A DNA stretch of 64,000 nucleotides from Calcarisporiella thermophila CBS 279.70 (lineage: Eukaryota > Fungi > Calcarisporiellomycota), in the NCBI RefSeq assembly GCF_041956535.1, contig NW_027192215.1, positions 1 through 64,000 on the forward strand, in the 5' to 3' direction. Position numbers and translations under genes: made by a program. The number at the start of each line of letters is the position of its first letter. Within the stretch, counting starts at the first letter, position 1. This document shows, piece after piece, positions 47,459 through 61,503 of the stretch. The notes under the pieces are model-generated. The model saw only the letters and a program-made list of their open reading frames with translations. It ran no database searches and had not been told where the DNA came from.

Positions 47459-48011
47459 ATGGCTGATATTTATACATCCCTCTCGCCTTGGGGGGCTGAT
47501 TATCTTCTACGCATATCTGAGCAAAAACTCCACGCTTTTGACGAAACCCGCAAATCACAATCGCTACTCCCACGAATGTTTGTTGAACGTGTGGCCTGCT
47601 CCTTGCGCATCTCCTTAAGCAACGGAAGTTCACTTATAGTGCCTGTAATTGAGAGTGAGGATAGAGGCTTAGAGAGTACCGAAAGAGACTCTTTAGTGGT
47701 AGATTGGATGAGTTGTGGCGATGCTAGTAAAGAGTGGGAAGTAGAAAAGAGTTGTGGTGATCAAGAGCCGCCCCAATGGAGTAGTTATGAGGGTGCGCTG
47801 GAAAGTGACGTTGAAACACTAGAACTACTAAGAGAATCACTTGCATTTGAACAGGTATTTTCTCTCGCCCATCTGTGTTTATCTCTTTCTCCTCTCTTAT
47901 TGATATACATTTTCTCATTAGTACCACTACGAGTATAAGGAAGATGTTCTTTTAGCAAGAAAGGAGCGGGACGAAGACTATTTGCCGGGAAGAAAACGTC
48001 AGCGAATTTAA
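47459..48011 (+). CDS. Hypothetical acidic protein with SERTA/IER-like N-terminal helix and C-terminal NLS, 2 exons
   Basis: Intron 47855-47921 gives the in-frame tail YHYEYKEDVLLARKERDEDYLPGRKRQRI*. N-terminal LLRISEQKL. Confidence 0.6.
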
Positions 48012-48234
48012 CTAAACTGTTATTTAAATACTTTTATTTTCGTATATCTTCTATACAGTTATATATATATACTATATTATTACGCTACCTATGATACATT
48101 TTTTTACAAAAAGAGTGCGATTATTTTGCCTTGATTCTGTACATATTATTTGTTTTTGAAGAAAATAACATATTGCTCTTCTACGTGTTCTTATATTTTA
48201 CTTTAAATAAAATGCGAGTCAGATGTGTATTCGA

Positions 48235-49623
48235 TTATATATCGTCATATCGAATGATATTTCTTGATCTTGGGTCAAATGCTTCTCTATTTTTCCCGGG
48301 TATTATTGCGATACCCTCTTCCCGCTTTGCCAATATGCCATCCTCATCTGTCCAAGGGGTGTTTCCAAACCCATTCCGATTGCGCTCCGGAATTTTTGCA
48401 CGATTTACCGCTAATTGCTTTCCACCAAAAACGGTACCATGCATCTGCAAAATTGCTTCTTGGGCTGCTAATTTCGTGCTGAACCTAATAAATCCATATT
48501 TTCCGCTATATCAATGTATGCAAATAGTTCAGAGTTGGAACGAAATGAATAATGGAAGCAAAACAGAGCTAAAAACTTACTCTTTCCCACCAATCACCCG
48601 CACACTCCTTACTTCTCCGAATTGCGAGAATAACTCTTCAAGATCTCGATCGGTGGTGGTGTTTGGAAGGTCACCCACATAAATCTTAGTAGCATGAAAT
48701 TCAACATCCAAATATCTGCTTGCAGCCAGATAAGGCTGGCAATATATATATATAAAATAGAGTAAATGGTTATAAATTAATGATTCTAACCATCAATAAA
48801 CTCGGCATATATTTACATTTTCATCCTGGAAACGACTCTCCTTATCATGTTCACGATGTCTCACCTCTCGAGCTCTGGGCGGAAGATCCCCATAGCTCCG
48901 TTCAGATCTTCGAGGGGAGCGGGAAAGCAGTCTCCTTGATCTCCAGGGAGAGGGAGAGCGTGTTCTTCTCCTGCGAGAGCTCCGAGATGGAGACCTAGAA
49001 CTCGAGCGAGTGCTTGATAGTGATCTAGAACGGGACCGCGAGGAGCTAGCCTCACGTTTATAGTAAGCTGAGAATCTACTACGCCGTCGCACTCGACCAA
49101 ACGAGTCCACACTTGCGTCACTATCATCTTCGGATTCGTTTCTGCTGCGACTGCAACTACGACTCCGAGTTCGTTGATTAAGCTCAGAATGCATGGACGA
49201 GTAAAAACTGCTGGAAAGCCCTTCTCTATCATTCGACACAGGCCTATTTTCGTTCAATAAGACACTATAGAATAAATAGGCTTTACCAGTAAAATACATG
49301 GTCTTAATATGACACTTTTAATACGGAAGTGTGAACTGTACCTTGTTCCTGTAAATGTAGTCACATCGTTCGTTCTTTCTGTCTAATTTGAATGAAACAA
49401 CGATCAAGCTTATGTTTTGTTTAAAAGAGGTCATTCATTTTACCTTTCCAGTAATTATGATTTCTTCATTCTCCTCCACGTACTCCCCGGATTCAAGTTC
49501 CTTTTGCCAATGGTCAAAGTTCAGGCCAATTTGCCAAGGGGAGTAACTCAAAGGGTAAATATACTAAATTACCTTATTACTATTTGGTTGATATCTTAAT
49601 TCTGTATCCGTAATGTTGCTCAT
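48235..49623 (-). CDS. RS-domain and RRM RNA-binding protein, multi-exon (5' exons approximate)
   Basis: RS-rich exon at 48793-49299. RRM motifs KIYVGDLP, LEELFSQFGEV and KYGFIRF.....A.EAI..MHG..FGGKQL.V..AK. Confidence 0.8.
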
Positions 49624-49782
49624 AATGCCATGTCCTCTGTTTGTGCTAACTGACGTTTGAAAAGCAATGACTGAAAAGTCTCGAATATGAAAACATAGAG
49701 CTAGTCACAAAAGAGTCACATTTAAATTAAAATTGCTTTTTAACGGGATAACGCGAAACTCTTATGAACTATAAAGTGAGTA

Positions 49783-50901
49783 ATGGATTTTCGCAGCGAA
49801 AAATATGATGATTGTAAATGAGGTGTGATTTTACCTGTACCAAAATATATATTTAATCAAAAACATTTTCCCTTCCTAATTCTAATAGTTGTACGTAAAC
49901 ACCGGAAGCAAAACCGCGATGTCATAAAGTAAAAGTAGAAAATTTCAATTCGGGAATCGATCTTGCTTGAAACTGATTTCTACCTTTTCAGAGCAAATGC
50001 TTCACTAGCCGACAGGCTTAAGCAAACTGAACAGCGTTGTGCTGCACTTATGCGGGAGAATATAGATTTGAGCGCAGAGATCTCACGACTGAGGGAAGAG
50101 TCTTTGAGAGCTCAGGGGGCAAGGAATGAGGATATGAGAAATATTAACGTAATTTTTTTGTAATTAGTAGTTCGCTGATATTAATTAGACTTCATTATTG
50201 TTCACTTTGCGTCGTTTGTAGGAGATATGTATACATATATCCCAATTGTGCTCTCAGCTTAATTCCATTGCAACATCTCGAACTAAAGCGTCTTCTTTTG
50301 GCGCAACTAATAACTCAATATCTCGAACGGCTGCAGATGTACCTGAGGAGATAAATGGATATATTAACAGAGGTAGGTAGTCGAAACTAGCTTTTATCAA
50401 AACGATTTGCCTTTTATTTTTTTTATTCTATAGTATCTCCGACTTCAATCACAGATCCTCGAAATCGTGATTCAAAATCAACATTATTTGCAATAAGTGA
50501 GGAGGAAGAGCTAAACACAAGAGATGAAGGGAATGAAATTAGAGAGGAAGCTCCGGAAAACCCGCATGAACTCACACGACCTCAATTTTTTGATCAACCC
50601 CCCAATAGATTGGGATCTATGCAAGATATTAGCGATAGAAATGAAAATGAGCAGTCAGGAAGCATCCATAGATCTCGAAGAAAGCCTGCAATTAATTACG
50701 CTTTACCAAACATCCGAAGGTATGGGCACAGTTATCTGTTTTCATGGTTAAAGTCATAACCACCTTTTTAATTGTATCATCAGCAAATTGCGTCAAGGTG
50801 ATCCCTTCACAGATAACTTCGGAATGGAACCTCGAATGGCAAGAAAAGACTATGAAAGGAAGAGGCGAGCTCCTATCCGAGATATCACCAATGTTATATA
50901 A
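49783..50901 (+). CDS. SGO1: Shugoshin, multi-exon
   Basis: Spliced N-terminal coiled coil RKHRKQNRDVIKANASLADRLKQTEQRCAALMRENIDL. C-terminal SGO motif RSRRKPAINYALPNIRSKLRQGDPFTD. Confidence 0.85.
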
Positions 50902-51110
50902 GCATAACTCTTATCCCGTTTCAACATTGTATAATTTACAGAGTATGATCCTTGTATGCAAATTTCAGATGCATTTCAGAATACCGTTTTAGTTTATGAT
51001 TGTAGTTTTTTGCAATATTTTTTTATTCAATTTACGCGTAACTCTTGAACTGACGTCCCGATTCATTTTATAACAAACCCATATCTCATTTTATCACAAA
51101 TTCAAGAATA

Positions 51111-52685
<1,575 letters not shown>

Positions 52686-52922
52686 AATGCTTTATTTTTT
52701 TTTTTGGCTTTTACTTTGAAAGATTCAAAATCAATAATAAATTGTAAAACCCATTTTTTTTATTAAATTCTCGGTCAAATATGGTCAGGATATACGGAGC
52801 AAATAATTAATTTATTATTGTAATATATTTTTGAAAAACGCGAAAGGGGAGCATTATACATTGTTAAGTCATCCTAGAAAGCTATTAAATAGCTTTTATC
52901 AATAAGACCTAAAATTTAGGTC

Positions 52923-54409
52923 TTATTGATAAAATTGCAGCAACAAGGCCAGCAGCACGGCAAGTAGGGTCAAAATGATTAGATAAACACGAGTCTTATC
53001 ATTCGGGAACTCCCTTGGGACCTGCACAACGCAACACTTGCCATCTGCTCCACCACTCACTAGGAGTCTACCGTCTCGACTGAAGCATAGCGATGTAATG
53101 ATGTATGTATGCGCGCGGGGAACTCGCACGAGAGGCCGAAGTGTCTGCGCATCCAGGAGACCAATGGAGTAATCGGCAGTTGCATAGCCGAGAAGCTTTC
53201 CATCATAACTAATAAAATCCAGTATTTAGCATTCTTTTTTGCTAAAGCGGTGTTGATTTCAAGTATTACCTGATAGCAAAGGCAGTAATTGGACCAAGGG
53301 TGCGTTGCTTTACTTTATCCCACTTTTGTGCATCCCATTTGCACACGAAACTCTTGGAATGTCCTTTGTTATATACTACTGTATATAAATAGCCCTCTGT
53401 TTCTCCTCGCCCAAACCTTTAGATAAACAAGTCTTAGTCAGTCAATAGACTCAAGTGGGTCTTAGAAGACATACCGGCATGCGCGAAAATCATAGAGGGT
53501 TGACTTAGCAAGAACTGGTCGCTGTATCGTTTGGAGACTTTCGCCAGTATTAACGTCAAGGATGTTGATTCGTTTTTTAGATGTTGCAGCAAGCTATTTA
53601 AGATAATGAGTCCAAACCTGCCAATATATGAAAGAGAATAAAATAATACTCACCAGTCTATTTGTGTGATCAAAAGATGCATCTATCACACCGTCTTCGT
53701 CAACGAAATCAACAGGGTCAAAAGCACGTTCCAAAGTAGGGTAGTTTAGAACGATTAACTAAGAGAAATATATGTAAAATTAAATATGCAAAATTGCCAC
53801 ACTCCTACATGTATAGCATTACCTTCCCTTCCTTTCCTTCGGAAGTTCCGGTAGCGATCTTTTTTCCATCTCCACTGAACCTCGCGACACGCTGATAATG
53901 CTCTATTTTATTGGACTCGACTGTTTTGCATTTAGTACCAAGAGTTATCCTGAGGATTCAATAGTTTTAATACCCAACAGGTTTCACAAAAAAGAAATAG
54001 AAAATGCGTACTCTGTTTCCCCAATCGCAAATAATTTGCAGTTTTCGTTATCTCCATTCACCACCTGCTTCTCACTCTCGTTAATTCCAGTGATGAATTG
54101 AGGGACATCCGGATGAGTGGCCAGACTATTGGGTGCATCGCCTTGGTAAGAATGCTCATGTGTTTTTTCGCATTCTTTTTCACTGGGCTTAATTTTGTAT
54201 ACAGCCTGGTAATGGTTTTCGGAGAGATGTGAATTCGCGAAATACAAAAGATATAATTAACAAGCCGTGGAGCTAGAACTCACGATTTTGTTCGGAACCC
54301 CCGAGTGTCCATATCCGCCGCCGCCAGCCGCAACCAACTTGTTTTGGTGGGTGAATTCCACCCCATAGACCGGAAAATCGGTCTGAAGGTAAAAAAATGA
54401 TGCCGACAT
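52923..54409 (-). CDS. SEC12: Sec12/PREB, Sar1 guanine nucleotide exchange factor (WD40 plus C-terminal TM), multi-exon
   Basis: N-terminal FPVYGV...LVAAGGGGYGHSGVPNKI (K-loop). C-terminal AH..IITSL.FS.DG.LLVSG.ADG.C and a terminal TM anchor. Confidence 0.88.
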
Positions 54410-54580
54410 AAGTTCGCGCTCGCTGTACTAGGAAAAGCACTAAGACAAATATAAGCGAATAAAGAAACGAAATGTGACGTTTGAAAATCTGACAATCACA
54501 AGAATGCCCTAAATTTCACGCTCGAGTTTTATATCTATTGTCTTTTTTTTACTACCCTTTCCTACTTAACCCGATCCACC

Positions 54581-56249
54581 ATGCATCTCTACTCACTACT
54601 TGCTTCACAACGATGGTGTACAAAAATTCGAAAGCACTATCTACCGCCTCCACAACGCACAATTGTGGGTGCTCTTTGTCTTGTTTCGCCTTTCGTTAAT
54701 GCTTGCTGATGCGGACATTTACCCTCTACTTATTTCTTAATAGTCTACTGGAGGGATCAGAAGATCTCGTACGGCCTTACTCTTTCCAGGTGCCTGTCTC
54801 TGCGCGACTATGAAGATCGGATAGTCATACTAACTTCTTTCTTACTTTTCTCAAACAGGACAAGGAGCACAATATGTCGGCATGGGGAAAGACATTTACG
54901 ACGCGTTCCCGAATTCCGCACGATTGGTCATCGATGAGGCCGACGATGAACTAGAAGGAAGTCTTAAGAAACTGATGTTTGAAGGAGAACAGGTTTATAT
55001 TTTTGAGCGGTAGATTGAATGCATTGAATTTAATAACATCTTGTGTGCGTATATTCCCCATATGCAAATAGGATGAATTAACGCTAACACGTAACGCACA
55101 ACCAGCAATTTTAACAACATCACTTGCAATCCTGAAAGTTTTGGAGGTTTTAAATCCTATATTTCTTGCACATATTATCTTTCCTAAGTATTTTCTATGT
55201 ACTGCGTGATTAGTGTGAATATGGATTTGACGTTGGAAAGTCATGTAAATACGCACTCGGCCACTCGCTTGGAGAGTACACTGCACTTGTTGCCACCAAA
55301 TCGCTTTCTTTAAGAGATGCAGTGAGGCTGGTTGTAAGGCCACTTGTTTGATCCTTATTACTTTGCGAAGTTCCCTATATGCTCAATGTAATGCTCATCT
55401 TTTGCCTTATAGCGTTTGCGAGGGGAGGCGATGCAGAAAACCGTGGAACAATTGGCAAACCCTGTCTCTATGTCTGCGCTTATCGTGCGTGGAAAACAGA
55501 TCGCGGAGATCGAAAGAGAAATCGAAGCGGCACGTAAAGAGTTGCCTGAAGGAGAAGTGGCAGAACTTGCCAATGTGAATAGTGTATGCATTGTATTTTT
55601 CTTAACGTGAAAGAATGTGGTTTCTCAGCTGGTTTGTCCTACCTATTTTTTTATGCCCCTCTCTTATTTAGACTTTCCAAGTGGTGATTAGTGGGACTAG
55701 CAGAGGTGTGGATATTTTGTCGCAGATATTACATCAACGGCAATTTGGAGCAAGAGCTGTCGACCTTCCAGTCTCGTAAACTCTCACTATGTGTCTATGA
55801 TTGATATTTCTAAGCTTACTTAGAGATGCTTCTTATTTAAATATTCTAGTGCACCTTTCCACTGCAGTCTCATGAAGCCTGCCGCTGATGCAATGGAGTA
55901 TGCTCTACGTTCAGTGCGGTTTTCTCTCCCTGTTGTTGAGGTTATCTCCAACGTGGACGCAATGCCATACACCCATGCCACTGATATTGCTGGCAACCTG
56001 TTTCAACAGATTACACGTACGGTTCAATGGCAGCACAGTATTGAATATTGCAAGCAGAATGGGATCAATGAGTTTGTTGCGTTCGGACCCGGCAGAGTGC
56101 TTTCGAATTTGGTAAAGAAACAGTACCCTCTGGATCGTGTTCATTCTGTGGCCACTGTTGCAGACATAGAAGCTCAAGCAAAAGATTTCCAAAAGATTAT
56201 TGATGAGGAGGAGGATGGTGTTGAGTTGAAGGAAAATGGAAAGCTTTAA
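54581..56249 (+). CDS. MCT1: Mitochondrial malonyl-CoA:ACP transacylase, multi-exon
   Basis: ALLFPG/QGAQYVGMG, LT.NAQPAIL, GHSLGEYTAL, RGEAMQ, ANVNS..QVVISG, SAPFHCSLMKPA and FGPGRVLS. Confidence 0.93.
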
Positions 56250-57211
56250 TATCTCTATTTTATTCAGAGGTGAATTATCACGAACTACGGTTTACTTTTT
56301 AGCCTTTGATATACTGCTTCTTATCCTTTAAACTGCTAAATTTCTTCTCGGTAATCGACTTTTTTCTTTGCTTTTTTACTTTCGTGTATTAGTAATTTCA
56401 TTGGGCCCAAGTATCAAATTTTAAATTTTTCTCTTGAATGCGATTCAACTCACGCACTCGTATTATTTATAATACTCTTTCTCCCCTCTTATTTTAATGT
56501 CTTGATGTGCTCCTGCGTATTTAGGTGTTAGTCACATAGGTGTGAAGAAAGTATTCCCAGTTAAGAGTGAAATAGGCGATACATCAGTGATGTCACTTAA
56601 AGGGAGAAATGCAACCTTTTCTATTTCTCTATGCTTTTAATTAGTTGACTTTTCCTCCTTTCCATTAGGCGCTATGATAGAGAATAAAGAATGTAAAATT
56701 CATTTTGTTTTTCTTTTTTATACATTCTTAGATATTGAAAAATACTTCGAGCATAAAAATATCTCTTTATATTTGACATTATATTATTGAAAACAATGTG
56801 AATGTACTTTGTAAACATAATACTTTGTTCCTAATCTCCCTTCGAGTAAGGTTGACAATATAACTAAGGACCTTCTTGATCAGGCAACTATCGATTTGAT
56901 CCACCTTAAATCACGCGAGCTCACGTTACTATTTTCTTTCCAAAGACATCTTATACCATGTACCAAGAAGACTTCAGTGTCCCTCAATAGAGCCAAGTTC
57001 TATTATACTCCTATCCCTCATATTTGTCTATTTTAGCCATCAGTTAACGCACACCTTTATTTTCGGTTCCTCCTTAATCTCACAGCCATTCGCCTCCACC
57101 TGTTCTTCCAAGGCTGCCCATTTACTCATGAGATAGGATCTCCTGGTTTATTTAAAAGAATGCCTTTTCAATTCTATACAAGTATTAATGACACAAAAGC
57201 CCATCTATTTC

Positions 57212-57682
57212 CTAACTCCTCTTTTTCCCCGTCTCTTTCTCAACCTGCGGCCTCTTCCATTCATAGTTCCATCCAGTTGGCGATGGCGTTTCTGTGGCCG
57301 ATTTCAATTGTACTGGGAACACTGCCTGCCGATCTTTCACTAAAGCTCCTCTAAACAGTCGCTCGTCTGTCCGCTCAAGTTCCAGCATAGCCTCCCGTTG
57401 CATGCGAAATTTTCTCTCCAGCTCCATCTGTCGTGCCTCACGGCGTTTAGATTGCACTAGTTTCCATGCGCGCTCAATGGTATCGTGGCGTAGGAGGTCT
57501 TCTTCGGAGAGCTGTAGTGTGGGACGAGGAGGAGCTTCGTATAGTACACGCTGGATAAGATCGTTACGTGAATCGGAGGATTGTTTGTCTTTTGACTGAG
57601 GCTGGGCGGAGTAGGGTCGGGTTAACCTGAGGGTGGATGCAAATGTTGGAGCTCTCCGTGCAAGATGTGTTAGACTTGCCAT
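57212..57682 (-). CDS. MRPL28: Mitochondrial large-subunit ribosomal protein mL40 (yeast MRPL28-like)
   Basis: Arg/Ser/Thr-rich presequence; LRHDTIERAW.L....R....ELER.F..Q.EA..EL...D.RLF and FP..L...TETP. Confidence 0.82.
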   Translation of the reverse strand: MASLTHLARRAPTFASTLRLTRPYSAQPQSKDKQSSDSRNDLIQRVLYEAPPRPTLQLSEEDLLRHDTIERAWKLVQSKRREARQMELERKFRMQREAMLELERTDERLFRGALVKDRQAVFPVQLKSATETPSPTGWNYEWKRPQVEKETGKKRS

Positions 57683-57894
57683 AGTAAATAAGATAGATTA
57701 GAATGATGGGGGCATATACTTTTGTTTACGAGCCTAAATTCCACCATAAATGTATGACGCACGGGAAAAGTAGTCACAAGAGTCTAATACTTATCTTAAA
57801 GGTCTCAAAATGTAAACAGACCCTAAGTCACAAATTATCGGGAAAACTCATTTTTAGCTCCTTAGTCTTTAGTCGAGTTCATCTCAAACGAGAA

Positions 57895-60800
57895 ATGCCG
57901 CCTAAAGAACATCATCACCATCGCCCAACTGGGCTAAAGCAGCAGAATAAACCATTTAAATCACGGCATGCTTCAAAGGGTGCCCTGAAGGATAAGGCCA
58001 AAGGTGGGTGGTGGGATTGAGGTGGCAAACTATATTCTCCATCCATTCGCTCAATCTTGATATATTCGTATTTGTTCTCCCTTCTTCAATAGGCAAAGTG
58101 AACCGCACATCTGTAAAATCCTCTGTGAAAAAGGCCCCCTCCAAATCCGATCGCCGTAACACTGCTCGGCAACTGCAGCAGAACAAGCGTGAACAGTTGC
58201 TTCAGCAGAACCGCTTATTCGATGGACGTCATGGTGCTCCAAAGATTGTGGTATGTAGTATTGATGAGCGACGCCTCAACCCATACAATGGAATCATCAT
58301 TTTGCACTCTTTAGGCAGTAGTACCTCTTTGTCCCGACGTCACCGCATATGGCGCTGTTTCACAGATATTTACGGCCGTTGGGCAGGAGCCCCCTTCCAA
58401 TCAGAAAGGTTCCATTGTATTAAAGTAAAATTTCTTACCTTTCCATTCTCAAGATAATATGTCTTGTTCTATATGCTCAACTTCTTATTTTTATTTGTTT
58501 TTGCAATATTATTATAGAACAGATCGATTCAAGCACAAATTCCAATTTCTCCTTCTCGGTCGCAACTTCTACGATATCCTCGACGCGGTCAAGGTGTCCG
58601 ACTATATCCTGCTTGTCATGTCCGCAGAAGTTGAGGTGGATTCATTCGGAGAGTTGTGTTTGACAGCCATTCAGCAACAGGGCTTCCCAAGTGTTATCCC
58701 CGTGGTTCAGGTAATTTTATACCATGATTAATTTTATTTTGGAATTGTTTTTCATTATATCATATCATTTTATTCTTTTTCAACAGCATTTAAAGAACAT
58801 CCCGATAAAGAAAAAGGGGGATGTAACAAAATCGCTCTTGAGTTTCACTAAGCACTTTTTCCCGCTCGAGGACAAGGTTCTTGCATTAGATAACGAGCAG
58901 GTGAGGAAGTGAACTTTTATTCACTGCCAAATACTTAGTAACTTAATATATATACTAGGAATCGCTCGTAGTACTACGCACTCTTGCATCTCAGTCTCCA
59001 AAGTCAATCACTTGGCGAGATACCCGATCCTATATGCTTGTAGACGAACTCAGTTTCCAGGCTAACGCTGACGAACCCGTAGGCGTTCTTAATAGGACTT
59101 CTCTGCACCCCATTACATTGTTGCCTGATCACTTGCATTTTATTAGGATACTGGAATTCTCCAATTGACTGGCTATGCCCGGGGAGCGCCATTTTCGGCC
59201 GACCGTCTTGTACATCTACCCAACTGGGGCGATTTCCAAATCTCGCAAATCACATCAGCGTCAATTTCAAACTCCCAGAGGGACAGCGACGGAGATGGAA
59301 TGGACACTGGGGGAGAAGTGTTGGATACTCCCACCGAATCGCAAGACGATCTCCAAGCCGAAAATATACCAGATTTAACTTTGAATGAACAAACTTGGCC
59401 TACCGAGGAAGAGTTAGCAGAAGCGGAGGGTATGTATAAGCATTTTTCCTTGATTTTATGGGATTTCTTGCTCACACATCCTATCCTATATTGATTAGAG
59501 CGCATTAAGAACATGAGTGAGGCACCTATGGATGACGATACTGTTGCCTCCACCGATATTAATAATAAATTCGGACGGTCTCTGAAGAAGACAAAACGCG
59601 TCCCCAAAGGAACGTCTGCATACCAGGCCGCGTGGATTGTCGATTCTGAAGATGATGAAGAGGAGTACAGCGATGAATACGAGGAGAGTGATGATGAGGG
59701 AATGTTGACAGATGGGGAGGTGGACGACGACGACAAATTCAACGGTAATGGGGCACATGTCAGCGCTGACGAGGAAGAGGAAGAGGAGTATGAAGAGGTT
59801 GAGCTAGAAGGAAAGAAGGCCGCCGTCAATGAAATCCTCTCCGATGAAGAAGAGAAGCGCCAGTTACAGGCCTACATTGCTCAACAACGCGAGCGCCAAA
59901 ACCGGGAAGATCTCGCCTTCCCCGACGAGGTGGACACCCCACTAGACATACCTGCGCGGATTCGCTTCCAACGGTATCGTGGGATGCAATCCTTCCGTAC
60001 TTCCCCGTGGGATCCCTATGAGAATCTCCCGCTTGATTATGGGCGGATCTTCCAGTTCGAAAACTTTAGACGAACCAAAAGGAGAATGATGTCTGCAGCA
60101 ATACGGGATGGCCGCGTTAAGGCAGGCACAAGGGTGACCCTACATCTACGAGATGTCGCGAAGGAGGTGTCTGAGTGGTGGCAGTCGCATGAGGCCCAGA
60201 GACCCATGGCTGTATTTGGTTTATTACAGCATGAGCATAAGATGACAGCGCTGAACTTTGTCGTGACTCGGAACACTGAATACACTGAACCCGTCAAATC
60301 TAAGGTTTTATCTTGTTTTTACATGCAGCGTACCGGGCCCCGCTAACCGTTCTTACATTCCCCTTGTTTTAGGATCCTCTCATCATCCAATCTGGTTTCC
60401 GTCGCTTCCGTATTCATCCCCTCTTTTCGCAAAATACCCGCGGCGGCACCAACAACGTTCACAAATTCGAACGTTTCTTCAATCCCGGCCAGACCGTCAT
60501 TGCCACCGCCTATGGGCCAGTCCATTTTGGCATCAATATGCCAGTCTTGATGCTTCGAGAATCAAGCGATATTAATACCCCAATCCTAGTTGCAAGTGGA
60601 AGTGTGTTGGACTCCCAGCCGGAGCGCATTATTGCAAAACGGATTGTATTGAGTGGACACCCATTCAAAATCCACAAGAAGTCTGCTGTCGTTCGATACA
60701 TGTTCTTTAATCCCGGTAAGTTCTCTTGGATCCTGCTTCAGACCAGGGTGTGCCAATATTAACCAACCCCATTGGATATCAAATCTGACAGAGGATGTAA

Positions 60801-61048
60801 CTTGGTTCAAACCTGTTCAACTCCACACCAAACATGGCCGCTCTGGTCACATTAAGGAGTCCCTCGGCACCCATGGGTATATGAAATGCATCTTCGACGG
60901 CCCATTGCAACACCAAGATACGGTGTGCATGTATTTGTACAAGCGCGTGTTCCCCAAGTGGAACACGGAGCTCTACCGGGGAGCATTACAAGTAGGCGAT
61001 GTAGCTACCGGAGTAGTGGAGAAGGAGGGAGGAGAGATGGAGCTATAG
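57895..61048 (+). CDS. TSR1: Pre-40S ribosome biogenesis factor Tsr1, multi-exon
   Basis: [53 protein letters not shown]....[24 protein letters not shown] and [17 protein letters not shown]. Confidence 0.95.
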
Positions 61049-61503
61049 AGCGGAGGATGGTGAAATTCTCTGCGAATCAAAACGTTAACTATATCAATAT
61101 ACTTATGCTTTGATCTTTTTATGGATGGAACGGTCGAATCTCCTTTGAAGCGAACGTTTTAAAGCTCTTTTGCAAATGAGAAAATCCTTCCATTCATCCA
61201 GTATAGCTACGGAGGAGAGAGGAGGAACCGATTCCCTTCTTCCAGCTCTCACTAATCTAAAATCAAAAAGGGTCCACATGAAGATATGGATAGATATGTG
61301 GATTTTATGTATTTATATATGGAAGAGGAGGGGGACGGAGAAGGGAAATGAAGAAAAACTCCAGAATACAATAGCTAAAAAGATAACATAGAGTAAAAAG
61401 AAAAAAAATCCCTTACAAACAAAAATCGCATAAAATAAAATAAAAGAGATAATAACATAAGGAAGAATAGTTTTTATATCTCTCCCACATCAAAGCTAAG
61501 AAA

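Noticed and set aside
48131-48682. 183-aa plus-strand ORF
   Set aside because: Antisense to the RRM exons, with a non-ATG start.
59173-59829. 218-aa Ser-rich minus-strand ORF
   Set aside because: Antisense of the Asp/Glu-rich tract of TSR1.
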